From the IMG/VR virus record IMGVR_UViG_2585427777_000007: 7,111 nucleotides of DNA; one strand, 5' to 3'. The position numbers and the translations under genes are program-made. The notes beneath the pieces were generated by a model. It worked only from the letters and a program-made list of their open reading frames with translations, was not told the origin of the DNA and did no database searches. Position 1 is the first letter of the stretch. Each line of letters starts with the position of its first letter. The DNA comes from a virus (Duplodnaviria > Heunggongvirae > Uroviricota > Caudoviricetes). Positions 6,939-7,111 of this stretch are shown in pieces.

Positions 6939-7111
6939 TAAACTGCCCTCACAATGTAATTAAGTGCAATGCTACGGGGTCTGACAGTGATACCCTTCGC
7001 ATACCCGCTTCTGATAGAGGTCAGAATAGTAGCCTGCATACCATTGTCTGACATTGCCATGACAGGATTGCTGAATGTTGTCCCGTCCGGCATTTTAAAG
7101 CTGCCCTCACG
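6938..7111 (-). CDS. 3' end of a third tail-fibre C-terminal cassette (- strand), 5'-partial at window edge; stop overlaps the Tfa start (TAATG)
   Basis: The - strand frame is open from the window edge to TAA (complement of 6938-6940) and ends ...GITVRPRSIALNYIVRAV, homologous to the last 14 aa of H and of the silent cassette. There is an internal ATG at the complement of 7091-7093. It lies directly upstream of, and is coupled to, the - strand Tfa. Confidence 0.5.
   Translation of the reverse strand, partial: REGSFKMPDGTTFSNPVMAMSDNGMQATILTSIRSGYAKGITVRPRSIALNYIVRAV

Noticed and set aside
6939-7111. Intergenic or promoter region upstream of the - strand Tfa
   Set aside because: The - strand frame is open through the whole stretch and ends in the conserved fibre C-terminal motif. 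It is better explained as cassette coding sequence than as a promoter.
1-7111. Invertase gene, Fis enhancer, integrase, tRNA or att site within the window
   Set aside because: None is seen. No ORF here has serine-recombinase features and no tRNA-like structure is apparent. These elements, if present, lie outside the window.

Overview
The window is one contiguous late structural module of a P2-like (Peduovirus-type) contractile-tail element from an enterobacterial host, either a prophage or a tailocin. On the + strand it carries a 5'-partial unknown ORF, then tail completion R and S, baseplate V, W, J and I, and the tail fibre gene H, almost all joined by overlapping stop/start codons. The interesting part is the 3' end (about 5310-7111). 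The expressed H C-terminus (tail-collar-like domain plus variable tip) is followed by a second, start-less C-terminal cassette in direct orientation, then a convergent tail fibre assembly (Tfa) gene on the - strand, then the 3' end of a third C-terminal cassette on the - strand running off the window edge. This is the architecture of a recombinase-driven tail-fibre host-range switching locus (Mu Gin, P1 Cin, e14 Pin, p15B Min type), but with an atypical direct-orientation silent cassette that points to a multi-site arrangement. The recombinase gene is not in the window. H also contains a 630-bp tandem array of 132-bp repeats, three of which look nucleotide-identical by eye. All family assignments rest on motif recall and gene order, not on a database search.
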